Origin: an uncultured cyanobacterium
GTDB lineage: Bacteria > Cyanobacteriota > Cyanobacteriia > Pseudanabaenales > Pseudanabaenaceae
Direction: 5' to 3'
DNA: 64,000 nt
Assembly (NCBI GenBank): GCA_963703315.1
Contig: OY969811.1
Location: 1,696,001-1,760,000 of the forward strand
A model generated the notes under the pieces. It saw only the letters and a list, made by a program, of their open reading frames with translations, had not been told where the DNA came from and made no database searches. This document shows positions 10,475 to 20,805 of this stretch, in pieces (position 1 is the stretch's first letter; the number at the start of each line of letters is the position of its first letter). The translations under genes and the position numbers were made by a program.

Positions 10475-10671
10475 ATCCATTATCGTAAACATACTATGCT
10501 ACAAGCTTATCAATTTTAATTTCGTAAGCATCACCTGTTGGGTTCGAGTCCTAGCTTATTAAGCTTATTAGTATCCTGATGAGTAAGTTTGTTTCATTCA
10601 TACAGAGAGTGGCGGTGCTTTGCACCGCCACTCTCTGTATGTTTTTTGTTTGGCTTCGGCATTAAAAGAAT

Positions 10672-11931
10672 TTACGTAAATTCTTTTAATGCCGATCGCA
10701 ACATTGCCGCAGTTTCATAGTTATGTTGCTGCTCATGGAGTTGGATGGCTCTGGTAAAAGCAGCGATCGCCTCGGGGAAATGTCCGACTTTCATCATTAC
10801 CACACCGAGATTTTGATGAGCATCAGCATAATTTGGTTCTAGGCTAATTGCTTTTTGATAAGCAGCGATCGCCTCGGTAAAATGTCCTGATGTTTTGAGC
10901 GCAATTCCGTAATTAAAATATCCTTGAGCAAAATTTGGAGCAATTTGAGTCACCTTTTCAAAATAGGCGATCGCTTCTAGTTGATGAAGTTCTTGATAGA
11001 TATTTCCTAAATTGAGATAAGCCGAAAGTTTAACTAGATTTGGGACATCTAGGGCAATTACCTGTGCATAAGCATTCTTGGCTGATTCCCAATCCTCATT
11101 TTGTTGATAGGCAAGCCCCAAGTGATAATAAATCTCACAGCGTATTAATTTCTGTTGATCGGTATCATCAATTAATGCCAATCCTTTTTGTAATAGCTCA
11201 ATCCCCAAAGAGCGATCGCCCTCTTGCGTACTACTAATATACAAAGCACCCAATTTGTTGAGCATATAACTATCATTAGGAAATGATTCTAAATGCTTAT
11301 GCATCAACTGTTTTGCAAACTCATACTTATGCTTAATTTGAATTTCGCTATCTGTATAACCGTAATGCCGTAAAACAGGAATTTCCACATCAACTACTTG
11401 CCAATGAGGTTCTTGTGCTTGTAAATCGGTAATGGATTGATCAATAGATTCGTGATAGATGCCTGCAAATTTAATCGCAGGATGATTACGAAATAGCCGT
11501 AATACAAGGGAATAGGGAGCTTGCTTAGTGGCTATTTCTGATCGCAAAAGATTCACTGCTAGACAATCCTGCCGTTGCATCACTTTTTGTAAAGGGTTGA
11601 TCGCACTTTGCTCTAAGACCTCATCGGCATCAATGACTAAGATCCATTTACCTTTAGCCTGTGCGATCGCATAGTTCCGCGCCTGTGAGAAATCATCACA
11701 CCACTCAAAATCAAATACTCGCGCCTGATATTTCTTAGCAATGTCAACGGTGCGATCGCTTGAGCCTGTATCGACAACGATAATTTCATTGGAGATCGCC
11801 TTTAAACTTTCTAAACATTGCGGTAAACGTTTCTCCTCATTTTTGACAATCAGGCAAGCGCTTAACAAAGTCGGAGATGGCGATTTGGCAAATCCTTTTG
11901 CGGTAGATTTAGCAGTTTTGGCGCAGGACAT
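10672..11931 (-). CDS. Glycosyltransferase family 2 with C-terminal TPR repeats
   Basis: LIVKNEE, VDTGSSD, DFSQARN, DADE; TPR-like repeats. Confidence 0.92.
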   Translation of the reverse strand: MSCAKTAKSTAKGFAKSPSPTLLSACLIVKNEEKRLPQCLESLKAISNEIIVVDTGSSDRTVDIAKKYQARVFDFEWCDDFSQARNYAIAQAKGKWILVIDADEVLEQSAINPLQKVMQRQDCLAVNLLRSEIATKQAPYSLVLRLFRNHPAIKFAGIYHESIDQSITDLQAQEPHWQVVDVEIPVLRHYGYTDSEIQIKHKYEFAKQLMHKHLESFPNDSYMLNKLGALYISSTQEGDRSLGIELLQKGLALIDDTDQQKLIRCEIYYHLGLAYQQNEDWESAKNAYAQVIALDVPNLVKLSAYLNLGNIYQELHQLEAIAYFEKVTQIAPNFAQGYFNYGIALKTSGHFTEAIAAYQKAISLEPNYADAHQNLGVVMMKVGHFPEAIAAFTRAIQLHEQQHNYETAAMLRSALKEFT

Positions 11932-11946
11932 CGCAAATCTCGGCGT

Positions 11947-12768
11947 TTATTTACTAACTTTATTCCGTTCTAGATCAAATCGATAGGCTTGGAATCCAGT
12001 GAAATTTGCTCTTTTTTCAGAATTAGGAAGTGCCATTGCCACGTGTTCAAAAGGTGACAGGTGAGCAGGTTTAGAAGTTAATAGGCGATCGTGCAGCTTC
12101 ACATCATCAGCGAGACTCCTTACACCATCATGATTAAGATAACTAACTCTCGCACAGCGTCCTACTGCCACTTTAATCAATTCGTTAATATCACTAATTT
12201 CGTCAATATCTTCTTGTTTAATTAATGGCAAATGCCATTCCCCTGAGGCTAATTGTTTCGGCTGACTGGCATCATAGGCAGCTTTCATTTTATTAGCAAG
12301 AGCTTGGATTTCAGGCTGTGCGTCAGGATGACAGCGCTGTTCAAAAAAGTTTTGATATTCAGTTCCCGAACAAATTACGGTAATCGTAGAGAATGGTTCC
12401 AAAAGACGATTGACAACTTGTTTGTGAATGCCAATATGCACTAACTGTTTGGCATGACGAATAGCGTCATTTTTGGCTTCTTTCCATACTTCCATTGCGG
12501 CTTGCATCTCGGCTTCCGTAACTTCCGTTTGGGCGGACATTCCCTTTTGATTTTTACCCCAATGTAATGGATAGACTTCTTGACTCTCGACGAGTTTGAT
12601 CATCTTCTCGACGGGAATGGCACGACTGCTGCTGCTATTTTTGCTAAGCATTCGATGGGTCATGAATTCTGAGTGAATCATGCGGTGGTAGGTCAGCACA
12701 AAAGTAGTCAGGCGATCGCCTGTTAAGTTAGTGCTATCAGCAATGATTGCAGCTTGGGGTTGAAACAT
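11947..12768 (-). CDS. thyX: FAD-dependent thymidylate synthase, ThyX/Thy1-like (phage-type)
   Basis: HSEFMTHRMLSKNSSSSRAIP, HKQVVNRLLEPF, QRCHPDAQPEI, RCARVSY, HLSPFEH. Confidence 0.75.
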   Translation of the reverse strand: MFQPQAAIIADSTNLTGDRLTTFVLTYHRMIHSEFMTHRMLSKNSSSSRAIPVEKMIKLVESQEVYPLHWGKNQKGMSAQTEVTEAEMQAAMEVWKEAKNDAIRHAKQLVHIGIHKQVVNRLLEPFSTITVICSGTEYQNFFEQRCHPDAQPEIQALANKMKAAYDASQPKQLASGEWHLPLIKQEDIDEISDINELIKVAVGRCARVSYLNHDGVRSLADDVKLHDRLLTSKPAHLSPFEHVAMALPNSEKRANFTGFQAYRFDLERNKVSK

Positions 12769-12885
12769 GATGCTTAATTCTTAACTCATATAAAACAAAA
12801 TTATTTCCCCGCCTTTGGCGGGGAAATAATTTTCTATAGCAATATACCAGCGACTGACCAATATTATGTCGCTATGCTTTGTGAA

Positions 12886-12967
12886 TGCGGAACGGGGGAC
12901 TTGAACCCCCAAGTCTTTCAACACATGTACCTGAAACATGCGCGTCTACCAATTCCGCCAGTTCCGC
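12886..12967 (-). tRNA. trnL-CAG: tRNA-Leu(CAG), CCA not encoded
   Basis: GCGGAACTGGCGGAATTGGTAGACGCG-CATGT-TTCAGGT-ACATG, long variable arm, GGGGGTTCAAGTCCCCC-GTTCCGC-A. Confidence 0.96.
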
Positions 12968-13316
12968 ATTTGGTTGTTTTCAACTAGTAGCTGTTAGCAC
13001 TTAGCTATTAGCTTGTGAGTTAGATGCTGCTAGCATGGCACTCGCAGATATTAAGTCTGCTGTAAAAATTGCATAATGTCAATACTGCCTAACTCATGAC
13101 CGCAATTCTCGATTTGTGGCGAGGCTTCGCCGCACCACAAAAAATTGGTTCCAATCGTTAATTATCGTTAACTTTTTCCGCTTCTATATGGAGATAATGA
13201 CACAATCTACAGTAAAGCGATAGGAATACCGCCCTATAGGGCTGGTGATTTTTCCTGTAATCTTGTATCTTAGATGTGTAAAAGCGAAAATTGCATTCCA
13301 ACACCACAATAAAACT

Positions 13317-13958
13317 ATGACACTGCGTTTAGGCGATACCGTACCCGATTTTACTCAAGACTCCACTGAAGGCGTGATTAACTTTCATGAGTGGATCGGC
13401 GATAGCTGGGCAATTTTATTCTCTCACCCCAAAGACTTCACCCCTGTTTGTACCACTGAGCTAGGAACCGTTGCTAAGCTCAAATCAGAATTTGATAAGC
13501 GCAATATTAAGGCGATCGCGTTGAGTGTTGATGGCGTTGAATCACACAAAGGTTGGGTTGGCGATATCGAAGAAACTCAAGGCGCTACCCTTAACTATCC
13601 AATTTTGGCTGATGAAGACAAAAAAGTTTCCGAACTTTATGACATGATTCACCCTAACTCCGCGACAGGTAATACTTTGACTGTGCGATCGGTGTTTATC
13701 ATTGACTCCAACAAAAAACTTCGCCTCAGTCTGACCTATCCTGCTAGCACAGGACGCAACTTTGATGAAATCTTGCGCGTAATTGATTCATTACAATTGA
13801 CCGACAACTACAGCGTTGCTACACCCGCTAACTGGAAAGATGGCGATGATTGCGTAATTGTACCTTCTGTTTCTAATGAGGAAGCGAAAACTAAGTTTCC
13901 TAAAGGTTTTAATCCTGTAAAACCATACTTGCGCTTGACTCCCCAACCTAACAAGTAA
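13317..13958 (+). CDS. 1-Cys peroxiredoxin (Prx6)
   Basis: FSHPKDFTPVCTTE, YPASTGRNFDE, VATPANW. Confidence 0.95.
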   Translation: MTLRLGDTVPDFTQDSTEGVINFHEWIGDSWAILFSHPKDFTPVCTTELGTVAKLKSEFDKRNIKAIALSVDGVESHKGWVGDIEETQGATLNYPILADEDKKVSELYDMIHPNSATGNTLTVRSVFIIDSNKKLRLSLTYPASTGRNFDEILRVIDSLQLTDNYSVATPANWKDGDDCVIVPSVSNEEAKTKFPKGFNPVKPYLRLTPQPNK

Positions 13959-14011
13959 TCGACTTCCTTGATAGTCTAATAATCGGCGGTGTGGGACTTA
14001 GCTCCGCACCG

Positions 14012-14064
14012 CCGATTATTTTTAGAGTGGCGGCGCGAAGCGCCGCCACTCTAAAAATAATCGG
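14012..14064. repeat. REP-like hairpin family A core (GAGTGGCGGCGC-GAA-GCGCCGCCACTC)
   Basis: 25-bp perfect arms; other cores near 9560, 10605, 15560, 18855, 48185. Confidence 0.85.
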
Positions 14065-14148
14065 ATTTGGGTTGATGTAAATAAAACTTTCTATTTGATT
14101 GAGGCGAAATATAAAACTTGCCAAGCAAGTTTTATATTCAATTAGTGT

Positions 14149-14460
14149 TTACCAGCTTTCGTCTTCGACCGCCGTTTTATCCCAAATTTCTAAATCTAGC
14201 TCTTCTAAATAAATAATTCCACTTTGAATTTGTTGAGTTGTTCCAGTAAGTTCTAGGGTGAACCAGCCGTCATCTTCTGGATTTTCACCAAGAAGAGCAG
14301 CAATAATAGTCACGGTTAATCCGTGCTCACAAGAAAGGCGAGAGATAATTGGCTCGCCGTAGCAACTTCTCGGTACACGCATAGCTATACGTGTAGTAGT
14401 CCGTCGCTTTTCCTCTATATTCACGGTAGCTCTGGAATCGATACATTCCGCCGCTAGCAT
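14149..14460 (-). CDS. NIL domain-containing protein
   Basis: EPIISRL..LTVTIIAALLG..GWFTLELTG. Confidence 0.8.
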   Translation of the reverse strand: MLAAECIDSRATVNIEEKRRTTTRIAMRVPRSCYGEPIISRLSCEHGLTVTIIAALLGENPEDDGWFTLELTGTTQQIQSGIIYLEELDLEIWDKTAVEDESW

Positions 14461-14674
14461 TGAAGTTTCTCCAGTGCAAATGTCTTAGTATTTTGACACT
14501 ACCATAGTAGCTAAATTTTTAAGGAAATGGAAGTGATTTGGGTCACTAATTCTATAGAAAGTGTAAATTTAGACTATCGGAAACTTTTATGATTAGTAAA
14601 CCAACAGTCTATAATCGCATTTATGAAATTATGCGGCAAACTAGGAAGCGCCGTCTATCCCATTACTAATAACT

Positions 14675-15547
14675 ATGACAACTGCAACTTTACTTGTTTC
14701 TTGCCCAGATCAAAAAGGCTTAGTGGCAAAAATATCAGACTGGGTATTTTCTCATGGGGGGAATATTCTCCATGCTGACCAACACGCTGATAGTACGGCT
14801 GGGCTATTTTTGATGCGGGTGGAGTGGGAATTAGATACTTTTGTACTTGCACGGGAAGAAATTAAGCCGACTTTTGAAAAATTGGCAACAGAAATTCAGG
14901 CAAGATGGAGCATCCATTTTTCCGATTATGTACGGCGGATTGCCATTTTTGTCTCGAAGCAGGATCACTGTTTATATGATTTGATCTTGCGGCAGCGATC
15001 GCAGGAATTTGCGGCGGTAATCCCCGTTGTGATTAGTAACCATCCCGATCTCGAAAAGGTCGCCCATAATTTTGGGATTAATTATCATCACATAGCGATC
15101 GCACCTGACAATAAGTTAGAGCAGGAAAAGAAGCAATTGGAGCTACTTAAGCAATACAAGATTGACTTAGTAGTTCTTGCAAAATATATGCAGGTGTTAA
15201 GCCCAGATTTTCTAACCCAGTTTTCGCAAGTGATTAATATCCATCATTCATTTTTACCAGCCTTTGCAGGAGCAAATCCCTATCAAAGAGCCTATAAACG
15301 AGGTGTAAAGATTATTGGGGCGACCGCTCACTATGTCACCGATGAGCTTGATGAGGGACCAATCATTGAGCAGGATGTAATTCGAGTTTCCCATCGTGAT
15401 TCGGTTACGGATTTAATCCGTAAAGGTAAAGATCTAGAGCGAGTTGTACTGGCGAGAGCCGTAAGGCAGCATTTACAAAATCGGGTCTTGGTTTATGGAC
15501 AATCGGCTAGCTCAGGCTTGGGATTGCGAACTGTGGTGTTTGACTAG
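14675..15547 (+). CDS. purU: Formyltetrahydrofolate deformylase
   Basis: N-terminal ACT domain CPDQKGLVA; LAKYMQVLS, INIHHSFLPAF, GATAHYVT. Confidence 0.97.
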   Translation: MTTATLLVSCPDQKGLVAKISDWVFSHGGNILHADQHADSTAGLFLMRVEWELDTFVLAREEIKPTFEKLATEIQARWSIHFSDYVRRIAIFVSKQDHCLYDLILRQRSQEFAAVIPVVISNHPDLEKVAHNFGINYHHIAIAPDNKLEQEKKQLELLKQYKIDLVVLAKYMQVLSPDFLTQFSQVINIHHSFLPAFAGANPYQRAYKRGVKIIGATAHYVTDELDEGPIIEQDVIRVSHRDSVTDLIRKGKDLERVVLARAVRQHLQNRVLVYGQSASSGLGLRTVVFD

Positions 15548-15710
15548 TAAAACCAGAAGAGAGTGGCGGTGCGAAGCGCCGCCACTCTCTTCTGGTTTTT
15601 TGTAGTGCGGCTTTGCCGCACTACAAAAAATCGCGTTTCTCGATGTTACTGATTTTGGGTTATGTTATTAGGATCACAAATTTTAATAATTTTTATTCAA
15701 GGTTTAAAAC

Positions 15711-16052
15711 ATGACAGCAAAAATACAGTTAGCGATCGGTATTGATGAAGAAGCTTCAGATGTAAAAATCACGCGGTCTAAAGATGGAGATACCAGCGTT
15801 GCTGTGTTTTTCTTTAATGCACCTAACTGTATGACTGGTGCAACTGCTAGCACTAACGAAATTTTAGGAATGTATATGATTGATGAAGAAGGTGAAATTA
15901 TCACTCGCAATGTCAATGCGAAATTCATCAATGGTAAATCAGCAGGAATTGAAGCAATTCATAAAATCAATGGACAAAATGAATGGGAACGCTTTTTGAG
16001 ATTTATGAATCGCTATGCTGAAGCTAATGGCATGAGTCTCAATAAAGCCTAA
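15711..16052 (+). CDS. psb28: Photosystem II assembly factor Psb28
   Basis: DVKITRSKDG, GMYMIDEEGEI, KFINGK, WERFLRFMNRYAEANG. Confidence 0.95.
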   Translation: MTAKIQLAIGIDEEASDVKITRSKDGDTSVAVFFFNAPNCMTGATASTNEILGMYMIDEEGEIITRNVNAKFINGKSAGIEAIHKINGQNEWERFLRFMNRYAEANGMSLNKA

Positions 16053-16148
16053 TATAAAACTTATAGCGCACGTGCAGCGTGCGCTATAAGTTTTTAAAGA
16101 ATTTAAAGAAAAAGCCGCGCGTTGCGCGGCTTTTTCTTTTGAGATAAT

Positions 16149-17159
16149 TCAAGCAGCGATCGCTGCCATTTTTGTGCCGAGCGATTCCATCACTAACTCA
16201 GCCAAATCATTGATGAATACGGGATGACTATTTAAAGCTGGCACACGATCAAAGTTATGAATACCCGCCTCTTCAGCAACTTCCCGATATTCGATATCAA
16301 TTTCCTGCAAAGTCTCAATATGTTCAGACACAAAGCTGATAGGAACTACCAAAAGGTCATTCACCCCACGCTTAGCCAGATTCTTAATTGCTTCTTCTGT
16401 ATAGGGCTGTAGCCACTCAACAGGACCAACCCGACTTTGATAGGCAAGGGTATGGGCGTTATAGCGATGATAATCTCGACGTAATGCTTTCATAATTCCA
16501 TCAACACAGTTTTCCATTTCCGATTGATAGGGATCATCATATTTTGTGACATATTTGACTGGTACACCATGAGCGCTGAAGAAAATATGTACATTCTCAG
16601 GGTTGGCAAAAGCTTGTAATTTCGCATCGATCAGTTCATTCATGGCGCGAATGTAGCCAGTCCGCTCATACCAAGATTTGATTGTGATTTTTTCGATCGC
16701 TTGGAGTTCAGGATCATTTGCCCATGCTTCATCGAGAGCCTTGATACTAGAACCACTGGTACTAATGGAGTATTGCGGATAAAGAGGTAAGACGACAAGG
16801 CGTGTAATACCATCTTGTTTAATTTGGGCGATCGCCTCCTCGGTGTAGGGATGCCAGTAGCGCATGGCTACATAGACTTTGGCATCAACACCATGACGTT
16901 GCAATACGTTCTCAATATTTTCGCCCTGTTCTTCTGTAATCTGACGCAAAGGTGAGCCACCACCAATCATTCTGTAGTTTTCTTGACTGATCGGCGCTCG
17001 ACTAGCTGCAATCAGTGAGGCGATCGGCTTTTGCAAAAATGGAATCGGCAGACGAATAATTTCTGGATCGGCGAATAAGTTATACAAGAAAAGATAGACA
17101 TCTTCTAACTTTTCAGGACCTCCTAAATTTAACAGCAATACTCCAACGCGACCAGACAT
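16149..17159 (-). CDS. hemH: Ferrochelatase lacking the C-terminal CAB domain
   Basis: [44 protein letters not shown]. Confidence 0.97.
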   Translation of the reverse strand: MSGRVGVLLLNLGGPEKLEDVYLFLYNLFADPEIIRLPIPFLQKPIASLIAASRAPISQENYRMIGGGSPLRQITEEQGENIENVLQRHGVDAKVYVAMRYWHPYTEEAIAQIKQDGITRLVVLPLYPQYSISTSGSSIKALDEAWANDPELQAIEKITIKSWYERTGYIRAMNELIDAKLQAFANPENVHIFFSAHGVPVKYVTKYDDPYQSEMENCVDGIMKALRRDYHRYNAHTLAYQSRVGPVEWLQPYTEEAIKNLAKRGVNDLLVVPISFVSEHIETLQEIDIEYREVAEEAGIHNFDRVPALNSHPVFINDLAELVMESLGTKMAAIAA

Positions 17160-17413
17160 AAAACAATTTCCTTGATTTTATAAATTGATAATTAAATTAA
17201 TAGAGATAAAAAATAATTAGAAAAAAATTTGCTTCGGCAGGGAAACAATCCTCTTTACCTTGCTTGAGAAGCATTAAATGAAATTTATTGAAATTTATAA
17301 ATTTATTAAATTAAATTAAATGAAGTTTGAAAACTCTTTATAAATCTTAGTCTAAGTTATAGATAACTATAAGCCTTTGTTCTGAACTCCTGATGACTAA
17401 AAGCAGAGTGACA

Positions 17414-17818
17414 CTAGACGTTACTCTGCTTTTGTTGCTTGTCTAACCAGTGCTTGACGCAGGATTCTAGTAAATCTATATCCAAGGGCTTTGTCAGATA
17501 ATCATCACAACCCGAAGCGATCGCTGCTTCTTTGTCGCCCTTCATTGCATGGGCAGTAACCGCAATAATTGGGATTTGGGCTGTGCGATCGCTAGCCTTG
17601 AGTTGCCTCGCGACTTCCCAGCCATCGATCTCTGGTAAAGACAAATCTAGCAAAATCAGATCAGGTTGATGAGTTTCCAACCAATCTAAAGCTGCTTGAC
17701 CATCTTGAATACAAGTGACGCGATAGCCTGAATCTTGAAACACCTGTTCCACCAAAACTTGGTTATCAGGTGCATCTTCAACCACTAAGATTAGCGATGG
17801 GCTGTTAAATGCGGGCAT
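17414..17818 (-). CDS. Single-domain response regulator (DivK-like)
   Basis: VVED, LLDLSLP, AVTAHAM, TKP. Confidence 0.9.
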   Translation of the reverse strand: MPAFNSPSLILVVEDAPDNQVLVEQVFQDSGYRVTCIQDGQAALDWLETHQPDLILLDLSLPEIDGWEVARQLKASDRTAQIPIIAVTAHAMKGDKEAAIASGCDDYLTKPLDIDLLESCVKHWLDKQQKQSNV

Positions 17819-18770
17819 AGTTGCTGAGCGGTTCTTTGATGAACTTGATATAGAGATGTTTAAAAGTTGATTTTAAAACTCTGGGCATTCCAAAGTCGAT
17901 CGCCATCATCGTTTCAGGTAGTTTCCAATCCTTGCTTTGCAATTGGGCGATCGGATCGCCAACAATATCAATGGCATCCAGATCGCTGCATAATCCTGTG
18001 CGAATGGCGGCGGCAACCGTCGGTACATCGAGAGGCTTAACTCCAAGGATCTCCACCATAACGCGATCGAGGGCAAAAACATCACAGGAAGCAGCTAAAA
18101 CTCCTAAATCTTTGGGTTCACCAGCACTAGGACCATTACCTTCATGTCCGACAATACCATCAAGGATTGTCAATTCAGGATTAATTGTTCTGGCAGTCTC
18201 AATTAGCATTTGCGCGAATCTTTTGACATCCTTACCTGCCTCCATGTGCCACCAAGCTTTCATTTTGCCAGGGACACAGCCAAACAAATTTTTGACACCC
18301 AGAGTAAGGGTTAACTGCATATGTGATTTTACCTTCGGCAAATTAATTACCACATCTGCATCCATCGCTTCTTTACTCAAGCGCAAGTGGTTGAGTTCGC
18401 CTTCACCATTAGTTTCGTAACGTCTACCGTGAAACTCAATAATTGGGATTCCTAATTCTTCGGCAAGGGGTAATAAGCCATTGGCTTTAGCAATCCCTTT
18501 GGCACTACCAAAAGCAGGACTATCACCTAAAAATGGTTTGCCACCTGCGTCTATGACCATCTTGGCGACACAATACACCAATTCGGGGCGAGTGGTGCAT
18601 TCTTTGGTAGGGCGTGAGCCTGTAAGCAAGTTGGGCTTGAGGAGAACGCGATCGCCTGCTTTGACGATGCTAGACATACCTCCTAGGGGTGCAAGTACAG
18701 CCTCTAGCGATCGCATCAATGATGCAGTTTCATAGCTAGAGGTATGTAGGAGACTGACGATTGGTTTCAT
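17805..18770 (-). CDS. DUF362 domain protein
   Basis: VLLKPNL, INLPKVKSH, TLGVKNLFG, GHEGNGP. Confidence 0.88.
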   Translation of the reverse strand: MKPIVSLLHTSSYETASLMRSLEAVLAPLGGMSSIVKAGDRVLLKPNLLTGSRPTKECTTRPELVYCVAKMVIDAGGKPFLGDSPAFGSAKGIAKANGLLPLAEELGIPIIEFHGRRYETNGEGELNHLRLSKEAMDADVVINLPKVKSHMQLTLTLGVKNLFGCVPGKMKAWWHMEAGKDVKRFAQMLIETARTINPELTILDGIVGHEGNGPSAGEPKDLGVLAASCDVFALDRVMVEILGVKPLDVPTVAAAIRTGLCSDLDAIDIVGDPIAQLQSKDWKLPETMMAIDFGMPRVLKSTFKHLYIKFIKEPLSNYARI

Positions 18771-18915
18771 GAATTTTTCTAGAAGGTGGTGAGTCAGCAA
18801 ACTATTAAAAATATAGCCTAATGCTACTCCTAATAATTTATGGTGGGGTTAATAGAGTGGCGGCACAAAGCACCGCCACTCTCAAGCAAAAAAGGTTCGC
18901 ATTGCGAACCTTTTT

Positions 18916-19551
18916 TTATGAACTAGATTGACTCCGTTTCCAATGTTGGCGATAGATTAGCTCTAACTGATTGCCAAACTTCATAAATAGCTTGCTTTGC
19001 TGGTCTTGGAGTGCCAAAAACCAACGGTGAAAGGCGGAGGTGAAAAGCGCAATAATTAAACCTGTTGCGGTTGTAATGAGAGCCTCACCAATACCTTGAG
19101 TTAGCGATCCCGATTGCGTATTTGCGGCAACATCACCAATTTTAAGGGAGCCAAAGGAAATAATTAGTCCTGTGACAGTACCTAGCAGACCTAATAAAGG
19201 TGCAAGCGTAATCACTGCTTCCAGTAATTTTTCACCCTTGAGCATTCCTGATAATTCTTCATCAGCCTTACTTTCCAGAGCAAGCCGAAATAGTTCAGGA
19301 TCAGGATCTTCTAGGGCTAGGGGTGCATACAAAAACCTTCCTACAGGAGCCTTAAATGATTGCTCAGCTACCACAGCCGCCGTTTGCAAGTCTTGCTTAG
19401 CGATCGCTAAAATATTCTCGGCAGTTTTCTGTTCTAATTTGAGGATGCCAAACCAAAAAATTAGCCGCTCCATGATTCCTGCTAAGGCAAACACCGACAG
19501 AGCCATGAGTGGGTACATGACGACCCCACCCGCCTTAATCAACTCAATCAC
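18916..19551 (-). CDS. MotA/TolQ/ExbB proton channel family protein
   Basis: [32 protein letters not shown]. Confidence 0.92.
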   Translation of the reverse strand: MIELIKAGGVVMYPLMALSVFALAGIMERLIFWFGILKLEQKTAENILAIAKQDLQTAAVVAEQSFKAPVGRFLYAPLALEDPDPELFRLALESKADEELSGMLKGEKLLEAVITLAPLLGLLGTVTGLIISFGSLKIGDVAANTQSGSLTQGIGEALITTATGLIIALFTSAFHRWFLALQDQQSKLFMKFGNQLELIYRQHWKRSQSSS

Positions 19552-19927
19552 TTGGGGTTGACTCCTTTTCTTGACGCTCTCGGCTGAGTTGATTAATCAG
19601 TGAGAGTACCTTGACACCTCGCTCAAAGGAGCGATCTTCCAAAAAGACAACTTCAGGAACACGTCGTAAAGATAGTCTTTGTCCTACCTCTCGCTTAATG
19701 AAGCCTGTTGCTGAGGCTAGAGCCTCCATTGTTTGTTGTCTTGCTTCTTCAGTACCGTAGATGCTGACAAATATTTTTACGTGCTGGAGATCGCCTGATA
19801 ATTCCGCATCGGTGACACTAACCATGCCCGTGCCTACGCGATCATCTTTAATATCTTTCAGCAACATATTGCTGACTTCTCGCTTAATTAATTCGGCGAC
19901 ACGAGCAACTCGTCTTGTAGTAGCCAT
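19544..19927 (-). CDS. rbfA: Ribosome-binding factor A
   Basis: [36 protein letters not shown]. Confidence 0.96.
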   Translation of the reverse strand: MATTRRVARVAELIKREVSNMLLKDIKDDRVGTGMVSVTDAELSGDLQHVKIFVSIYGTEEARQQTMEALASATGFIKREVGQRLSLRRVPEVVFLEDRSFERGVKVLSLINQLSRERQEKESTPSD

Positions 19928-20056
19928 ATTTTTATACTTACACCGTAAATTTAAATTTATCCCACAACTAAAAATGGCTATGCCATTTTTAGTTGTGAAA
20001 ACCCTTACTGGGTTTTGTTGATGTTAAAGATAGGTGGCGCTTTGCGTCACCTATCT

Positions 20057-20365
20057 TTAACTATTTTCGTAATGCCGACAATCTTGACAAGGACCACTAG
20101 GATTAACGGTACAGCGAATGTAAGGTGATCGCGCATTGTACTTACAACTAACTTTCCCAATCACATAACCATATCCATCAATACAAGTCATATCGGCTGG
20201 TGGCAATGCCTTGAGTCTTGGGGCTGGTGGAATGACTGCCCCATTAACTTGACCATTAATTTGACTATTCATTCGCATATAAGTTACTTGAGATCGATGT
20301 AGCATCCATAGCGATAGGATTGGTGGCGCGATCCCAAGTAATAAAATGATGATGATGTCTAACAT
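20057..20365 (-). CDS. DUF6464-like membrane-anchored Cys-rich protein
   Basis: N-terminal TM segment; IGKVSCKYNARSPYIRCTVNPSGPCQDCRHY. Confidence 0.75.
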   Translation of the reverse strand: MLDIIIILLLGIAPPILSLWMLHRSQVTYMRMNSQINGQVNGAVIPPAPRLKALPPADMTCIDGYGYVIGKVSCKYNARSPYIRCTVNPSGPCQDCRHYENS

Positions 20366-20391
20366 AGTGGTTAACCTATCCAACACATTGA

Positions 20392-20483
20392 CAAGTATTA
20401 ATTCCCAAAGCCGTAAAGTTGCTCCCCTGCGGAGAGCAACTTTACGGCTTTGGGTTTGTAATTAATTACGTTCATCTACTTAG
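20392..20483. mobile_element. MITE/REP-like element of the TAAGTA...TACTTA-bounded family
   Basis: Central long hairpin, ends CTACTTAG; similar ends at 45986-46073, 59634 and 62376. Confidence 0.55.
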
Positions 20484-20530
20484 TTCAATATGTTGCAAAT
20501 GAGATTTGTGAGACTAGTCTGAGCAATCTA

Positions 20531-20734
20531 TTAAGCAATGTCTAGTCCTAGCATAGCCCTTAATACTAGTGATACACCAATAAATCCACTAACTAGGGCG
20601 GTAATCATCGCGATCGCGGTTACAGGTTTTTTGAATAATGGAATAATTGGTGCAATCACAATAGACAGAACACCACCAGTAATTAAGGCTAAAAATTTAG
20701 GATAGCGCAGTAAATTGAGCAGAAAGTTTTTCAT
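20531..20734 (-). CDS. DUF751 family membrane protein
   Basis: NFLLNLLRYPKF..PLFKKPVTA..VLRAMLGL. Confidence 0.85.
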   Translation of the reverse strand: MKNFLLNLLRYPKFLALITGGVLSIVIAPIIPLFKKPVTAIAMITALVSGFIGVSLVLRAMLGLDIA

Positions 20735-20805
20735 AGGTTTAGTCAAGTAAGTTAATTTTAATTTGTTGTTGGTGTGGCGCAGCCACACCAACAACAAATT
20801 AGTTC

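Noticed and set aside
10521..10560. Functional tRNA-Thr gene
   Set aside because: No D-arm, 5' anticodon stem or acceptor stem; kept only as a possible scar.
10087..12967. Intact prophage or island integrated at tRNA-Leu
   Set aside because: No integrase, no structural genes, and no duplicated tRNA-Leu 3' end found in the window.
17160..17410. Fur box or other operator upstream of hemH
   Set aside because: The AT-rich low-complexity sequence gives only chance-level matches.
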